A stretch of DNA of 64,000 bases from Alphaproteobacteria bacterium (lineage in GTDB: Bacteria; Pseudomonadota; Alphaproteobacteria; CALKHQ01). This document shows positions 18,868-28,568 of the stretch, piece after piece. The stretch lies in contig CBDDFZ010000001.1 of the NCBI GenBank assembly GCA_965227515.1, positions 1,664,001-1,728,000 of the forward strand. Direction: 5' to 3'. The translations under genes were made by a program, and so were the position numbers. How positions within the stretch are numbered: the first letter of the stretch is position 1; each line of letters opens with the position of its first letter. The notes under the pieces were generated by a model, which saw only the letters and a program-made list of their open reading frames with translations, was not told the DNA's origin and ran no database searches.

Positions 18868-19974
18868 ATGAATGGACCATTTCGAGCCGACCACGTTGGC
18901 AGCTTCCTGCGGCCGCCCCGCCTGATCGAGGCGCGCAAGCGGTTTGCCGACGGCGAGTGCACGGCTGAAGACTTGCGCGAGGTGGAGGACGACTGCATCC
19001 GCGAGGTCGTGGGCAAGCAGCAGGATGTGGGCCTGCGCGGCATCACCGACGGCGAGTTCCGCCGCACCTTCTTCCACGTCGATTTCCTGGAGCACCTGGA
19101 CGGCGTGACCGTGACCGAGGGCAAGTTCGTGGCCAGGTTCCGCAAGTCCGACGGCACCGACCTCGGCTTCAACCCGCCGACCATGAAGGTGACCGGCAAG
19201 CTCGGCCACACCCATTCCATCCAGGGCGCCGACTTCGACTATCTGAAGTCGGTCGTGTCGGCGACGCCGAAAGTCACCATTCCGGCACCGTCCATGCTGC
19301 ACTTCCGCGGCGGCCGCGAGGGCATCTCCAGCGAGGCCTACCCGGACCTGGACCAGTTCTATGACGACCTGACCGCGGCGTACCGCGACGAGCTTGCTGA
19401 CCTGGCCGACCGCGGCTGCCGCTATTTGCAGATGGACGACACCAACCTGGCCTATCTGTGCGACCCGGCGATCCGCGCCAAGACCAAGGAGCGCGGCGAC
19501 GACCCGGATGCACTGACCCGGCTCTATTGCCGGCTGGTCAATGATTCGATCCGGGACCGGCCCGACGACATGGTGATCGGCGTCCACCTGTGCCGCGGCA
19601 ACTTCAAGAGCGCGTGGGTGGCGGAAGGCGGTTACGAGCCGGTGGCGGAGACGCTGTTCAACGAGATGGACATCGACGCCTTCTTCCTGGAGTACGACGA
19701 CGAGCGCTCGGGCGACTTCGCGCCGTTGCGCTTCATGCCCAAGGGCAAGACCGTCGTCCTCGGCCTGATGAGCTCCAAGCTGGCCGCGGTGGAAAGCGCC
19801 GACGACATCAAGAAGCGCATCGACGAGGCGGCGCAGTACGTGCCGCTGGACCAGTGCGCGCTGAGCCACCAGTGCGGCTTCTCATCCACCGCCCACGGCA
19901 ACGAGCTGACCGACGAGGACCAGTGGCGCAAGCTGGAGCGGTGCGTGGAGGTGGCGCGCGACGTTTGGGGCTGA
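18868..19974 (+). CDS. Single-domain cobalamin-independent methionine synthase II family protein
   Basis: RADHVGSFLRP, TDGEFRR, HLCRGN, LEYD, QCGFSS zinc ligands. Confidence 0.9.
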   Translation: MNGPFRADHVGSFLRPPRLIEARKRFADGECTAEDLREVEDDCIREVVGKQQDVGLRGITDGEFRRTFFHVDFLEHLDGVTVTEGKFVARFRKSDGTDLGFNPPTMKVTGKLGHTHSIQGADFDYLKSVVSATPKVTIPAPSMLHFRGGREGISSEAYPDLDQFYDDLTAAYRDELADLADRGCRYLQMDDTNLAYLCDPAIRAKTKERGDDPDALTRLYCRLVNDSIRDRPDDMVIGVHLCRGNFKSAWVAEGGYEPVAETLFNEMDIDAFFLEYDDERSGDFAPLRFMPKGKTVVLGLMSSKLAAVESADDIKKRIDEAAQYVPLDQCALSHQCGFSSTAHGNELTDEDQWRKLERCVEVARDVWG

Positions 19975-20114
19975 TGCCGGCGCCACCGAGCGACGGCGCC
20001 GGTTGCCGCTCAGGGGAACGTGCGTTGACGCTCGGGTCCTGAGACGCCACAGTAGATGCATTCTAAATAAGGTCCGGATCGCGAACCCGGTCCACGTTGG
20101 GGAGGATCAATCGC

Positions 20115-21158
20115 ATGTCACTGAACAAAGCCAAGCTGCTCGGCATTCTGGGGACGGCCACGGCCCTGGCCGCGCTGTCCAATGCCGCCAGCGCGCAGGA
20201 GTACACGCTGACCCTGCATCACCTGTTGGGGCCGCAATCGCCGGCGCACACCAACATGCTGCAGCCGTGGGCGGACCGGGTGAACGAGGCGACCGACGGC
20301 CGGGTGCTGATCGAAATCTACCCGGCCATGTCGCTCGGCGGGGCGCCGCCGGAGCTGATCAATCAGGTGCGCGACGGCGTCGTCGACCTGATCTGGACGG
20401 TCAACGGCTACACCGCCGGCCTGTTCCCGCGCTCAGAGGTGTTCGAACTGCCGTTCGTGCACACCAACGATACGGTCGCGACCAACCTGGCGATGGCCGA
20501 GTTGTTCGACGAGTTTCTGGCCGAGGAGTACCAGGGCACCAAGGTGATGTGGACCCACGTCCACGCCGGACAGGCGATCCACATGGTGGATCAGGAGGTC
20601 CGCTCGCCGGCCGACCTGGACGGCCTGGAAATGCGCATTCCGACCCGCACGGGCGCCTGGGTGCTGGAGGCGTTGGGCGCGATCCCGACCAGCATGCCGG
20701 TGCCCGACCTGCCGCAGGCGCTCTCGCAGAAGGTGGTGGACGGGGCGTTGATCCCGTTCGAGATCATCCCGCCGCTGGGCTTGCAGGACCTGACCCAGTA
20801 CCAGATCGAGGGCCACGACTCGATCCGCTTCGGGACCACGACGTTCCAGGTCTCCATGAACATCGACACCTGGGAGAGCCTGCCCGAGGACATTCAGCAG
20901 GCGATCGAGGAGGTCAACAGCGAGGCGTGGCTGCGCGAGGTTGGCGAGATGTGGACGGCGGCGGAGACCGGTGGCCTGAACATGGCGATCGAGGCCGGCA
21001 ACACGCACATCCAGCTCAGCGAGGAAGAGATTCAGGCTTTCCGCGACGCGTTGGAGCCTGTGGTCGAGCGCTGGATCGAGGATGTCGAGTCGCAGGGCAT
21101 CGACGGCCGCGCGCTGGTGGAAGCGGCCCGCGAGGCGATTGCGCGCCACGCGCAATAG
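20115..21158 (+). CDS. TRAP transporter substrate-binding protein (DctP family)
   Basis: Signal peptide, IEIYPAMSLGG, FELPF, DLDGLEMR. Confidence 0.93.
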   Translation: MSLNKAKLLGILGTATALAALSNAASAQEYTLTLHHLLGPQSPAHTNMLQPWADRVNEATDGRVLIEIYPAMSLGGAPPELINQVRDGVVDLIWTVNGYTAGLFPRSEVFELPFVHTNDTVATNLAMAELFDEFLAEEYQGTKVMWTHVHAGQAIHMVDQEVRSPADLDGLEMRIPTRTGAWVLEALGAIPTSMPVPDLPQALSQKVVDGALIPFEIIPPLGLQDLTQYQIEGHDSIRFGTTTFQVSMNIDTWESLPEDIQQAIEEVNSEAWLREVGEMWTAAETGGLNMAIEAGNTHIQLSEEEIQAFRDALEPVVERWIEDVESQGIDGRALVEAAREAIARHAQ

Positions 21159-21167
21159 CGCCGTCTC

Positions 21168-21686
21168 GTGACAGATCAGACGTTGACGCGGGCGGGGCCT
21201 CTGGGTCTCGCCCGCTGGGTCATTATGGCCTGGGCGGTGGCCGGCGGGGTGGTGCTGCTCGCCCTGGTGCTGTTCACCGCCATCAGTCTGGTCTCCAACA
21301 AGTTCCTCGGTGAGTCGCTGCCCGGCGAGTACGAGATGGCCGAAGTCGGCGTGGCCATCGCCGCGTTCGCGTTCCTGCCCTACTGCCAGCTTATCGGCGG
21401 CAATGTCAGCGCCGATATCTTCACCCAGCGGGCAGGCCGGCGGACGGTCGCCATCCTGACCATGATCGGTGCCGTGGTGGCGTTCCTGTTTGCAGCACTG
21501 CTGCTGTGGCGGATGAGCCTGGGCATGATCGACACCAAGGGCTATGGCCTGAAGACGGCGATCCTGGGCTTCCCGATCTGGATCGCCTTCATCCCCATAC
21601 TGGTGTCGCTGTTCCTGCTGGTCGTCGCGTCCTTCATTTCGATCCTGGAAGCCGGGCGCGACACCAAGCGTTCCGCGCAGACCTGA
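21168..21686 (+). CDS. TRAP transporter small permease (DctQ family)
   Basis: Four TM segments, G.YEMAE, GNVSADIF. Confidence 0.9.
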   Translation: MTDQTLTRAGPLGLARWVIMAWAVAGGVVLLALVLFTAISLVSNKFLGESLPGEYEMAEVGVAIAAFAFLPYCQLIGGNVSADIFTQRAGRRTVAILTMIGAVVAFLFAALLLWRMSLGMIDTKGYGLKTAILGFPIWIAFIPILVSLFLLVVASFISILEAGRDTKRSAQT

Positions 21687-21711
21687 GCGCATATCGGGGC
21701 GGACGCGGCGG

Positions 21712-23034
21712 GTGGAATACAACCTTCTCATAGGCCTTGCCGGCCTCGTCTGCCTGATCGGGCTGATCGCCCTGCGCATGCCGATCGCCTACAGCATGAT
21801 CCTGATCGGCGCGGTGGGGACGGTCATTCTCAGCGGGCCCAACGCACTGTTGGGCCAGCTCAAGAGCCTGGGCTACAGCGTCTTCTCCAACTACGGGCTG
21901 TCGGTGGTGCCGATGTTCGTGCTGATGGGCGCGATCGCCACCAAGTCCGGGCTGAGCCGCGACCTGTTTCGTGCCGCCAACGCCTGGCTGGGCTGGATGC
22001 GCGGCGGCGTGGCGATCTCCGCCATTGCCGCCTGCGCCGGCTTCGGCTCGGTCTGCGGCTCGTCGCTGGCCACCGCATCGACCATGGGCAAGGTCGCCCT
22101 GCCGGAGCTCAGGCGCTACAACTACGCGCCGTCACTGGCCACCGGCACGCTCGCTGCCGGCGGTGTGCTCGGCATCCTGATCCCGCCATCTGTGGTGCTG
22201 GTGGTCTACGCCATCATTGTCGAGGCCAACATCGTGGCCATGTTCATGGCCGCGTTCCTGCCCGGCCTGATCGCGGTCATCCTGTTCTGCATCACCATCG
22301 GCATCTATGTGCGCTTGCGGCCCAATGCCGGCCCGCCGGGCGAGCGGGTGTCGCGCGCCGAACTGGGGGCGGCGACCGTGCGCGTGTTGCCGGTGCTGGT
22401 GATCTTCGGCCTGGTCATCGGCGGCATCTATTTCGGGTTCTTCAACCCGACGCCGGCCGCCGCGATTGGCGTGTTCCTGGTCGCGGTCTACGGCATCGGC
22501 CGCGGCTTGGTGCGGCTGCCGGAAATGCGCGACGCGCTGCTGGAGACCGCCAAGACCACGGGCATGATCTATCTGATCCTGCTGGGGGCGGAACTGCTGA
22601 AGATCTTCATGGCGCGCGGGCGCGTGCCGCAGGCCGCCGCCGACATGATCGTCAATTCCGGCCTGTCGCCCTACATGGTGCTGGTTCTGATCCTGCTGGC
22701 GCTGATCCTGCTTGGCTGCCTGATGGACAGCCTGTCGATGATCCTGCTGGTGATCCCGTTCTTCTGGCCGGCGATCTCGGCGCTCGACTTCGGCATGCAT
22801 CCGGACGAGTTGAAGATCTGGTTCGGCATCCTGGCCCTGATCGTGGTCGAGCTGGGCCTGATCACACCACCGGTGGGCCTGAACGTGTTCGTCATATCGG
22901 AAATGGCCAAGGACGTGCCGATGCGCGACACATTCCTTGGCGTGATGCCGTTCTTTGCGGCGGAGATCGTGCGGGTCTCGATCATTATCGCATTCCCGAC
23001 GCTGGCGCTGATCGGACCGCAGCTCCTGCTTTGA
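21712..23034 (+). CDS. TRAP transporter large permease (DctM family)
   Basis: GSSLATA, GVLGILIPPS, LITPPVGLNVF. Confidence 0.95.
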   Translation: MEYNLLIGLAGLVCLIGLIALRMPIAYSMILIGAVGTVILSGPNALLGQLKSLGYSVFSNYGLSVVPMFVLMGAIATKSGLSRDLFRAANAWLGWMRGGVAISAIAACAGFGSVCGSSLATASTMGKVALPELRRYNYAPSLATGTLAAGGVLGILIPPSVVLVVYAIIVEANIVAMFMAAFLPGLIAVILFCITIGIYVRLRPNAGPPGERVSRAELGAATVRVLPVLVIFGLVIGGIYFGFFNPTPAAAIGVFLVAVYGIGRGLVRLPEMRDALLETAKTTGMIYLILLGAELLKIFMARGRVPQAAADMIVNSGLSPYMVLVLILLALILLGCLMDSLSMILLVIPFFWPAISALDFGMHPDELKIWFGILALIVVELGLITPPVGLNVFVISEMAKDVPMRDTFLGVMPFFAAEIVRVSIIIAFPTLALIGPQLLL

Positions 23035-23095
23035 GCGGACTTTGATGCGAATGCGCTGAAGCGCAGATACTGCGTGAGCGACAAACACCTGGCAT

Positions 23096-23274
23096 CGTCG
23101 CCCTCGCCCTTGTGGCGAGGGCCCATGCAAGTGCGGGACTCCTACTGTCCGGGGTTTGTTCGAAGTCGATGCAGCAATGCCCGCGGGGCAATTGCCACGC
23201 CGTTCGGCGTCAGCCACCTAATACGTTGGCGTATTGGACGAGAATGGGTCCTCGCCACAAGGGCGAGGACGACG
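23096..23274. repeat. REP-doublet / MITE-like element, family B, copy 1 (179 bp)
   Basis: Inverted terminal hairpins ctcgcc-cttgt-ggcgag; core homologous to 29759-29937. Confidence 0.88.
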
Positions 23275-23313
23275 AGAGGGAACGTCGGCGGCTCGGCCTA
23301 CGCGAAGAACGAG

Positions 23314-24039
23314 CTAATCGAACAACTGGTCGATGTCGTCCTGCGAGATGCCCTCGGCGCCGGTCGACGGGCCGCTGAGCGCGACATCGTCGTCCATCGA
23401 GCCGTCGTCCAGCGTCACCGGCATCGCCTCCAGCTCGCCGGTGCCCCAAACGTCGGCCATCCGGTTCAGCCGCTCTTCGATGTACTTGATGACCTCGACG
23501 ACCTTGCGGGTCCGCTGCCCGGTGATGTCCTGGAAGTTCGACGCTTCGTAGATCGAGGTGATCGCGTCGCTCATCTTGTCGGTGCAGTTCGCGATGAACT
23601 GGTCGTCGGAGTTGGCGTCCCGCACCTGACCGATCAGGTCTTCCAGCGTCTCCGCCATCGCCAGGATGGAGGACGTCGCGTCCTCGGTCTGCTCGACGAT
23701 CAGGTCCATCTGCCGGCTGGCCCGCGCAAATTCGTCGTTGGGCGAGTTCGGGTGGCGCAGGGCGGCGATCTCTTCCTTCGTGGTCTTGATGCGATCCTGC
23801 ATGTCGAAGACGTCGCGCACCAGCCGGTCTTCGATCTCTTCCAGCTTCGGCAGCGCATTGACCTTCACGTCCAGGGCCTTCAGCGACTCCTGGATTTCGG
23901 CGATCGCCTTCGCGGCGTCCTCGCTCAAGCCAGCGGGGCCATCCTGGTTGGCGGGCGGGCCCAATAGACCGCCCGGCCGCCCGTTCTGTGGCTTCCTGCG
24001 CTCGATGGTGAAAACCTTGCGGCCGGCGGCTGCGTTCAT
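23314..24039 (-). CDS. cheZ: Protein phosphatase CheZ (alphaproteobacterial type)
   Basis: IVEQTEDATSSIL, IYEASNFQDITGQR, C-terminal SQDDIDQLFD. Confidence 0.9.
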   Translation of the reverse strand: MNAAAGRKVFTIERRKPQNGRPGGLLGPPANQDGPAGLSEDAAKAIAEIQESLKALDVKVNALPKLEEIEDRLVRDVFDMQDRIKTTKEEIAALRHPNSPNDEFARASRQMDLIVEQTEDATSSILAMAETLEDLIGQVRDANSDDQFIANCTDKMSDAITSIYEASNFQDITGQRTRKVVEVIKYIEERLNRMADVWGTGELEAMPVTLDDGSMDDDVALSGPSTGAEGISQDDIDQLFD

Positions 24040-24163
24040 CGCGTATGTCCTTGCCAAATACGAACGTCGGTGCGCGCGCTACATGCGGGCGCACAAGTCA
24101 GCTCGTAGAATGCCAGAGCGCGGTGAAGCTTCCGTAAATTGAACGTTCCGGGCAGGACACAGC

Positions 24164-25981
24164 TTAACGCCCGGCGGCGTATCCCTGGGAAAACCTGGGG
24201 TTTGCGCCGGCGCGCAGCACGCCGTCGTCGCAGGCCACCGCGCTGATCCGGCCCAGCGACCAGTCCTCTTCCACGGTCACGCCGTGGCCGCGCCGTCTGA
24301 GATCGGCCACGGTCGCGGCATCGAACCGGCCCTCGACGGAGAGCTGATTGACCATCGGCTGGCGCGGATAGAACGACGACGAGAAGTGCTTCACGTCGAA
24401 CATCGGGGTGTCGATGGAGGCCTGGATGCCCATGCCATGGTGCAGCCAGCGCAGAAAGAAGGTCAGCGACCACTGGTCCTGCTGGTCGCCGCCGGGGGTG
24501 CCGAAGGCCAGGTGACCCTTGCCATCGCGCAGCGCCATGCTGGGCGTCAGCGTGGTGCGCGGGCGGCGGCCCGGCGCCAGCACGGTAGTGGCTCGCTCAT
24601 CGAGCCAGAACATCTGTGCGCGCGTGCCCAGGCAGAAGCCGAGCTCCGGAATGGTGGGCGAGCTTTGCAGCCAGCCGCCGCTGGGGGTGGCCGAGACCAT
24701 GTTGCCGTCGCGGTCGACGACATCCAGGTGGCAGGTGTCGCCCATCGCGCGGTCCCTGACCGCGTCGCGCGCCGCATCGTTGTTCGCGACGTTGGCGAAG
24801 GCGCGGGTCGGCTCGTTGGCGGCGGCCATCATGTCGCCGGTCAGCGCCGCCGGGTCCAGCATCGGCAGGTAGGGGGTCCGTCCGCCGGGCGCGCCGGGGC
24901 GATAGGCTTCCGACGCACTGTCCACCGCCACGTCGGCGCGCCGCGCCGCGGCGTAGCTGTCGCTCAACAGGTCATCCATGGGGACGTCGGCGAAATCCGG
25001 GTCGGCGTACCAGGCATCGCGGTCGGCGAAGGCGAGCTTGGCGCATTCCGCGACCGTGTGCACGAAGTCGGCGCCGACCGGGTCCATCGCCGCGAGGTCG
25101 TACTCCTTCAGCAGTGCCAGTTGCTGCAGGAACACCGGCCCCTGGCTCCAGGGACCGGGCTTGCAGATGGTGAGCCCGCCATAGTCGTAGGTCAGCGGCG
25201 CCTCGACAGGCGCCGACCATTTCGCCATGTCGTCGCCGGTCAGCACCCCGGCGTTGCGCTGGCCGGAACCGTCCATGTAGGCGTCGCGGCAGAAGCGGTC
25301 GATCGCATCGGCGACGAAGCCGCGATAGAACGCGTCGCGCGCGGCCGAAATATGCGCATGGCGGTCGCCGCCGGCCGCCTCGGCGGTCTCGACGATGCGG
25401 GTGTAGGTGGCCGCCAGCTGCGGATTGCGGAACAGCCGGACCAGCGAGGGCGGATTGCCGCCGGGCAGGTAGAGTTCCGCCGACCCCGGCCATTCGTCGC
25501 GGAACAGGTCGGCCACCGACGCGATGGCGCCCAGAATGCCCGGCACCAGCGGATAGCCGTCGGCGGCGTAACCGATGGCCGGCGCCATCACCTCGCGCGG
25601 CGTCATGGTGCCGTATTCGGCCAGCATGGTCATCCAGGCGTCGAACGCGCCCGGCACGCAGGCGGCCAGCAGGCCGTCGCCGGGGATGATGCCGATCCCC
25701 TGGGCGCGGTAGTGTTCCAGTGTGGCGCCGGCCGGGGTGACCCCCTGGCCGCAGATCACGTCGGTCTCGCCCGACACGGCGCGGTGCGCGATGATCGGCA
25801 GGTCGCCGCCGGGGCCGTTCAGGTGCGGCTCCACCACTTGCAGCACGAAGCCGGCTGCCACCGCCGCATCGAACGCGTTGCCGCCCTTCTCAAGCGTCGC
25901 CATGCCGACCGCGGTGGCGAGCCAGTGGGTGGACGCCACCATGCCGAAGGTGCCGGTCAGTTCCGGTCGAGTGGTGAACAT
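24164..25981 (-). CDS. Gamma-glutamyltransferase family protein
   Basis: MFTTRPEL, GGNAFDAAVA, GDTCHLDVVD (Thr nucleophile), GTPGGDQQDQW. Confidence 0.93.
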   Translation of the reverse strand: MFTTRPELTGTFGMVASTHWLATAVGMATLEKGGNAFDAAVAAGFVLQVVEPHLNGPGGDLPIIAHRAVSGETDVICGQGVTPAGATLEHYRAQGIGIIPGDGLLAACVPGAFDAWMTMLAEYGTMTPREVMAPAIGYAADGYPLVPGILGAIASVADLFRDEWPGSAELYLPGGNPPSLVRLFRNPQLAATYTRIVETAEAAGGDRHAHISAARDAFYRGFVADAIDRFCRDAYMDGSGQRNAGVLTGDDMAKWSAPVEAPLTYDYGGLTICKPGPWSQGPVFLQQLALLKEYDLAAMDPVGADFVHTVAECAKLAFADRDAWYADPDFADVPMDDLLSDSYAAARRADVAVDSASEAYRPGAPGGRTPYLPMLDPAALTGDMMAAANEPTRAFANVANNDAARDAVRDRAMGDTCHLDVVDRDGNMVSATPSGGWLQSSPTIPELGFCLGTRAQMFWLDERATTVLAPGRRPRTTLTPSMALRDGKGHLAFGTPGGDQQDQWSLTFFLRWLHHGMGIQASIDTPMFDVKHFSSSFYPRQPMVNQLSVEGRFDAATVADLRRRGHGVTVEEDWSLGRISAVACDDGVLRAGANPRFSQGYAAGR

Positions 25982-26240
25982 GGGCGGGCCTCCGGTTGCG
26001 ATGCCCCCATCGCGATATCGGTGGGAGGCGGGTTGGGGGTTGCAGCATACAGCAACCCGGGCCCCTTGCGGACCTTGCGGCAGGCAGATATCACAGGCGC
26101 CCGAAGGAACATATGCGTGAAGCACATGCGCACCGAAAAGCACGCCGACACCTGCCTGTGTTCCGCGCGATGACGCGGCTCCATTACGCGACAACGCGAC
26201 CAGCCACCCAGACAACGCCCACGCGACTGCGACGCTGACC

Positions 26241-27113
26241 ATGAAATCGTTCGACTTCGGCAAGGTCCTGACGGCCAGCCTGAAATTCACCTTCGTCGAG
26301 TGGCGCGCCCTGATCGCCTTTGCGCTGATCCCGTACATTCTGCAGATCGCGGCCCTGGTCGGCCTCAGCCTGGTCACCAGCAGCGCGACGCAGGAATTCA
26401 TGGTGCAGCCGGGCGCCACCTACGAGATGAGCGGCTTCGTCATCACCAACACCGATACCGGCGAGCAGTTCGACTTCGGGCCCCTGGTCACCGATATGCT
26501 GCTGTTCGGGCTGACCATGCTGCTGGTGCTGCCGGTGCTGGCGGTGCCGTTCAAGACCGCCTGGATACGTTATGTCGTGCTCGGCCCGACCGAACAGCCG
26601 GTGCGGCTGACGTTCCTGTTCGGCCCGCGCGAGTTCCGCATGCTCGGCTACACGATCCTGATGTGGCTGGCCACCATCGGCATCATGCTGGGCAGCAGCA
26701 TCGCCGGGGCCGTCGTCGGCATGGTGGCCGGGCCGTTCGGCGCCATGCTGGGCATGTTCGGCGTCGGCTTCCTGGGGATCTGGGTGCTGGCCAGGCTCTA
26801 TTTCGTGTTCCCCGCGATCGCGCTCGATCGACCGACCAACCTCAGCGTGGCCTGGGCGCAGTCGGCAAAACAGGGCATGAAGATCATCGGCATCACTGCG
26901 GTGGTCAGCCTGATCTTCATTCCGGTCGCCTTCCTGCTGGTCACCATTGTCCCGTCCGATTTCATCCTGGTGGGGCAAACGACACAGACGCTGGTGGTCA
27001 TGTTCATGGACGGCGCGCTGTGGGCCTGCCTGGGGCTCGCCTACCGCGACACCACGGCCGGCGGCCCGGCTATCGCTGCATCACCGCCGCCGACCGGCAA
27101 CCCGTTCCGCTAG
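26241..27113 (+). CDS. Hypothetical polytopic membrane protein
   Basis: Six to seven hydrophobic segments, coding-like codon usage, FPAIALD motif. Confidence 0.75.
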   Translation: MKSFDFGKVLTASLKFTFVEWRALIAFALIPYILQIAALVGLSLVTSSATQEFMVQPGATYEMSGFVITNTDTGEQFDFGPLVTDMLLFGLTMLLVLPVLAVPFKTAWIRYVVLGPTEQPVRLTFLFGPREFRMLGYTILMWLATIGIMLGSSIAGAVVGMVAGPFGAMLGMFGVGFLGIWVLARLYFVFPAIALDRPTNLSVAWAQSAKQGMKIIGITAVVSLIFIPVAFLLVTIVPSDFILVGQTTQTLVVMFMDGALWACLGLAYRDTTAGGPAIAASPPPTGNPFR

Positions 27114-27119
27114 GCCGCC

Positions 27120-28190
27120 GTGACCGTTTTGCCGGCGGACGAGGCCGCGCGGCTGCTGGCGGCGATTGCGCCCCATCTGCCCGACACGGCATCCAGTTCC
27201 GGCGCGCTCGATGCCGAGGGATTGGTGGCGGTGCCGGACTACGGCGCCGGGCATCGCCATGTGGTGCTCGGCGAGACGGGGCTGCTGGCACGGATTCCGC
27301 GCCGGGTGCCGGAGGGGTCCGACCCGGCAGCACACCTGGCCTACGAGGCAGCTTGTTTCGCCCGCGCGCAGGCGAGCGGTGCGACCCCGCGCTGTCATGG
27401 CGTGGTGCCGCCGGGCCCGGACCTGCCCATGGGCGCGTTGCTGGTGCAGCGGATCGAGGGCGCGGTGCCGCGATTGCCGGGCGACCTGCCGGCGATTGCG
27501 CGCGCGCTGGCCGCGCTGCACGGGCTCGCCCTGCCGCGGCCGGACGACCGCCCGCCGCTGCCGGAGAAGACCGACCCGGTTGCCGGCACCGTCGCCCTGA
27601 TCGCCCGCCAGGCCGGTGCGCTGGAGGCGGCCGGCATCGACCCGGCGAGCGTGGCGCTGATCCGCGAGGAATGCGCCGCCGCCGCGCGGCTGCCGGAAGC
27701 CTTCGCGGGCCGGGCACCGCCCATCGTCCTCGCAGGGGTCGACACCCATCCGGGCAATTTCCTGATCGACGGTGCGGGCCATGCCTGGTTCGTCGACCTG
27801 GAGCGCGTCGCCTACGACGCCGGTGCCATAGACATCTGTCACGTGACCTTGCCGACCTCCACCGGCTGGGACATGCGGGTCGCCACCACGGTCGATGCCG
27901 ACGCGGTCGGCGTGTTCGAGGCAGCGTACCTCGCGGCGCTGCCAGCCGACCTGGCGGCGGCGACCCGGCCGTGGCTGGGCCGGCTGCGCCGGCTGACCTG
28001 GCTGCGCTCGCTGACGTGGTTCGCCCAGTGGCGGTCACGATGGCGGTCACGCCAGCGTTCCAGCGGCAACGCAACGGCTGCCCAGGCTCCGGACGAAAAA
28101 ATTGTTGCCCACATGGCTGCACACGTGGACGCGATGCTGAGCGCTTCCCATATAGAGCGCATGCGCGACGCCCTGCCGACGTTCGCTTGA
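27120..28190 (+). CDS. Aminoglycoside phosphotransferase/choline kinase family protein
   Basis: LARIP, ALAALH, DTHPGNFL catalytic loop, FVDLE. Confidence 0.82.
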   Translation: MTVLPADEAARLLAAIAPHLPDTASSSGALDAEGLVAVPDYGAGHRHVVLGETGLLARIPRRVPEGSDPAAHLAYEAACFARAQASGATPRCHGVVPPGPDLPMGALLVQRIEGAVPRLPGDLPAIARALAALHGLALPRPDDRPPLPEKTDPVAGTVALIARQAGALEAAGIDPASVALIREECAAAARLPEAFAGRAPPIVLAGVDTHPGNFLIDGAGHAWFVDLERVAYDAGAIDICHVTLPTSTGWDMRVATTVDADAVGVFEAAYLAALPADLAAATRPWLGRLRRLTWLRSLTWFAQWRSRWRSRQRSSGNATAAQAPDEKIVAHMAAHVDAMLSASHIERMRDALPTFA

Positions 28191-28206
28191 CGCTCAGGCT
28201 TTAATT

Positions 28207-28304
28207 CTGCGCCGGCCCTCTCCCCCACCCGGCCACCCGCTAAGCATACTGTCCCAGGGGACCATTGGGGGTGGCCGGGTGGGGGAGAGGGCTGGTGCCG
28301 ACTT
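28207..28304. repeat. Long palindromic intergenic element, family A, copy 2
   Basis: Arms match 15125-15209; loop also contains ATACTGTC. Confidence 0.9.
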
Positions 28305-28392
28305 TGGCGACTGCGCCCAAAGATCAAGGGCGCAGTCTGCTCGATTGGGCCGCGAATCGGGGCGCACTTCTCCAACACAAACGAATCGGCCA

Positions 28393-28551
28393 ATTCGCGG
28401 AACGTTCCGCGATTATGGCCAGATATTGTGAAATATGGCGCGATTTGGGCAGCGACTCGACACGCGAATCGGACACCCTCCGAGTCGCCTCGAGTCGCGA
28501 ATCGGCGGCCGATACAACACTGTGTCTATATTCTTGAAACGTTCGCAGAAC
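28393..28551. promoter_or_regulatory. Candidate alphaproteobacterial LexA boxes
   Basis: ATTC-N7-GTTC at 28393-28407 and 28530-28544; AAAC-N7-GAAC at 28537-28551; each one mismatch from GTTC-N7-GTTC or its complement. Confidence 0.6.
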
Positions 28552-28568
28552 AAGGCTATATCTGGGCC

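Noticed and set aside
23112-23378. Recurring peptides MGPRHKGEDD / MDPRDKPEDD in the ORF track
   Set aside because: Translations of family B hairpins; the frame is not kept open in all copies and there is no RBS
24124-24138. CtrA-like site upstream of cheZ
   Set aside because: Two mismatches to consensus; too weak to call
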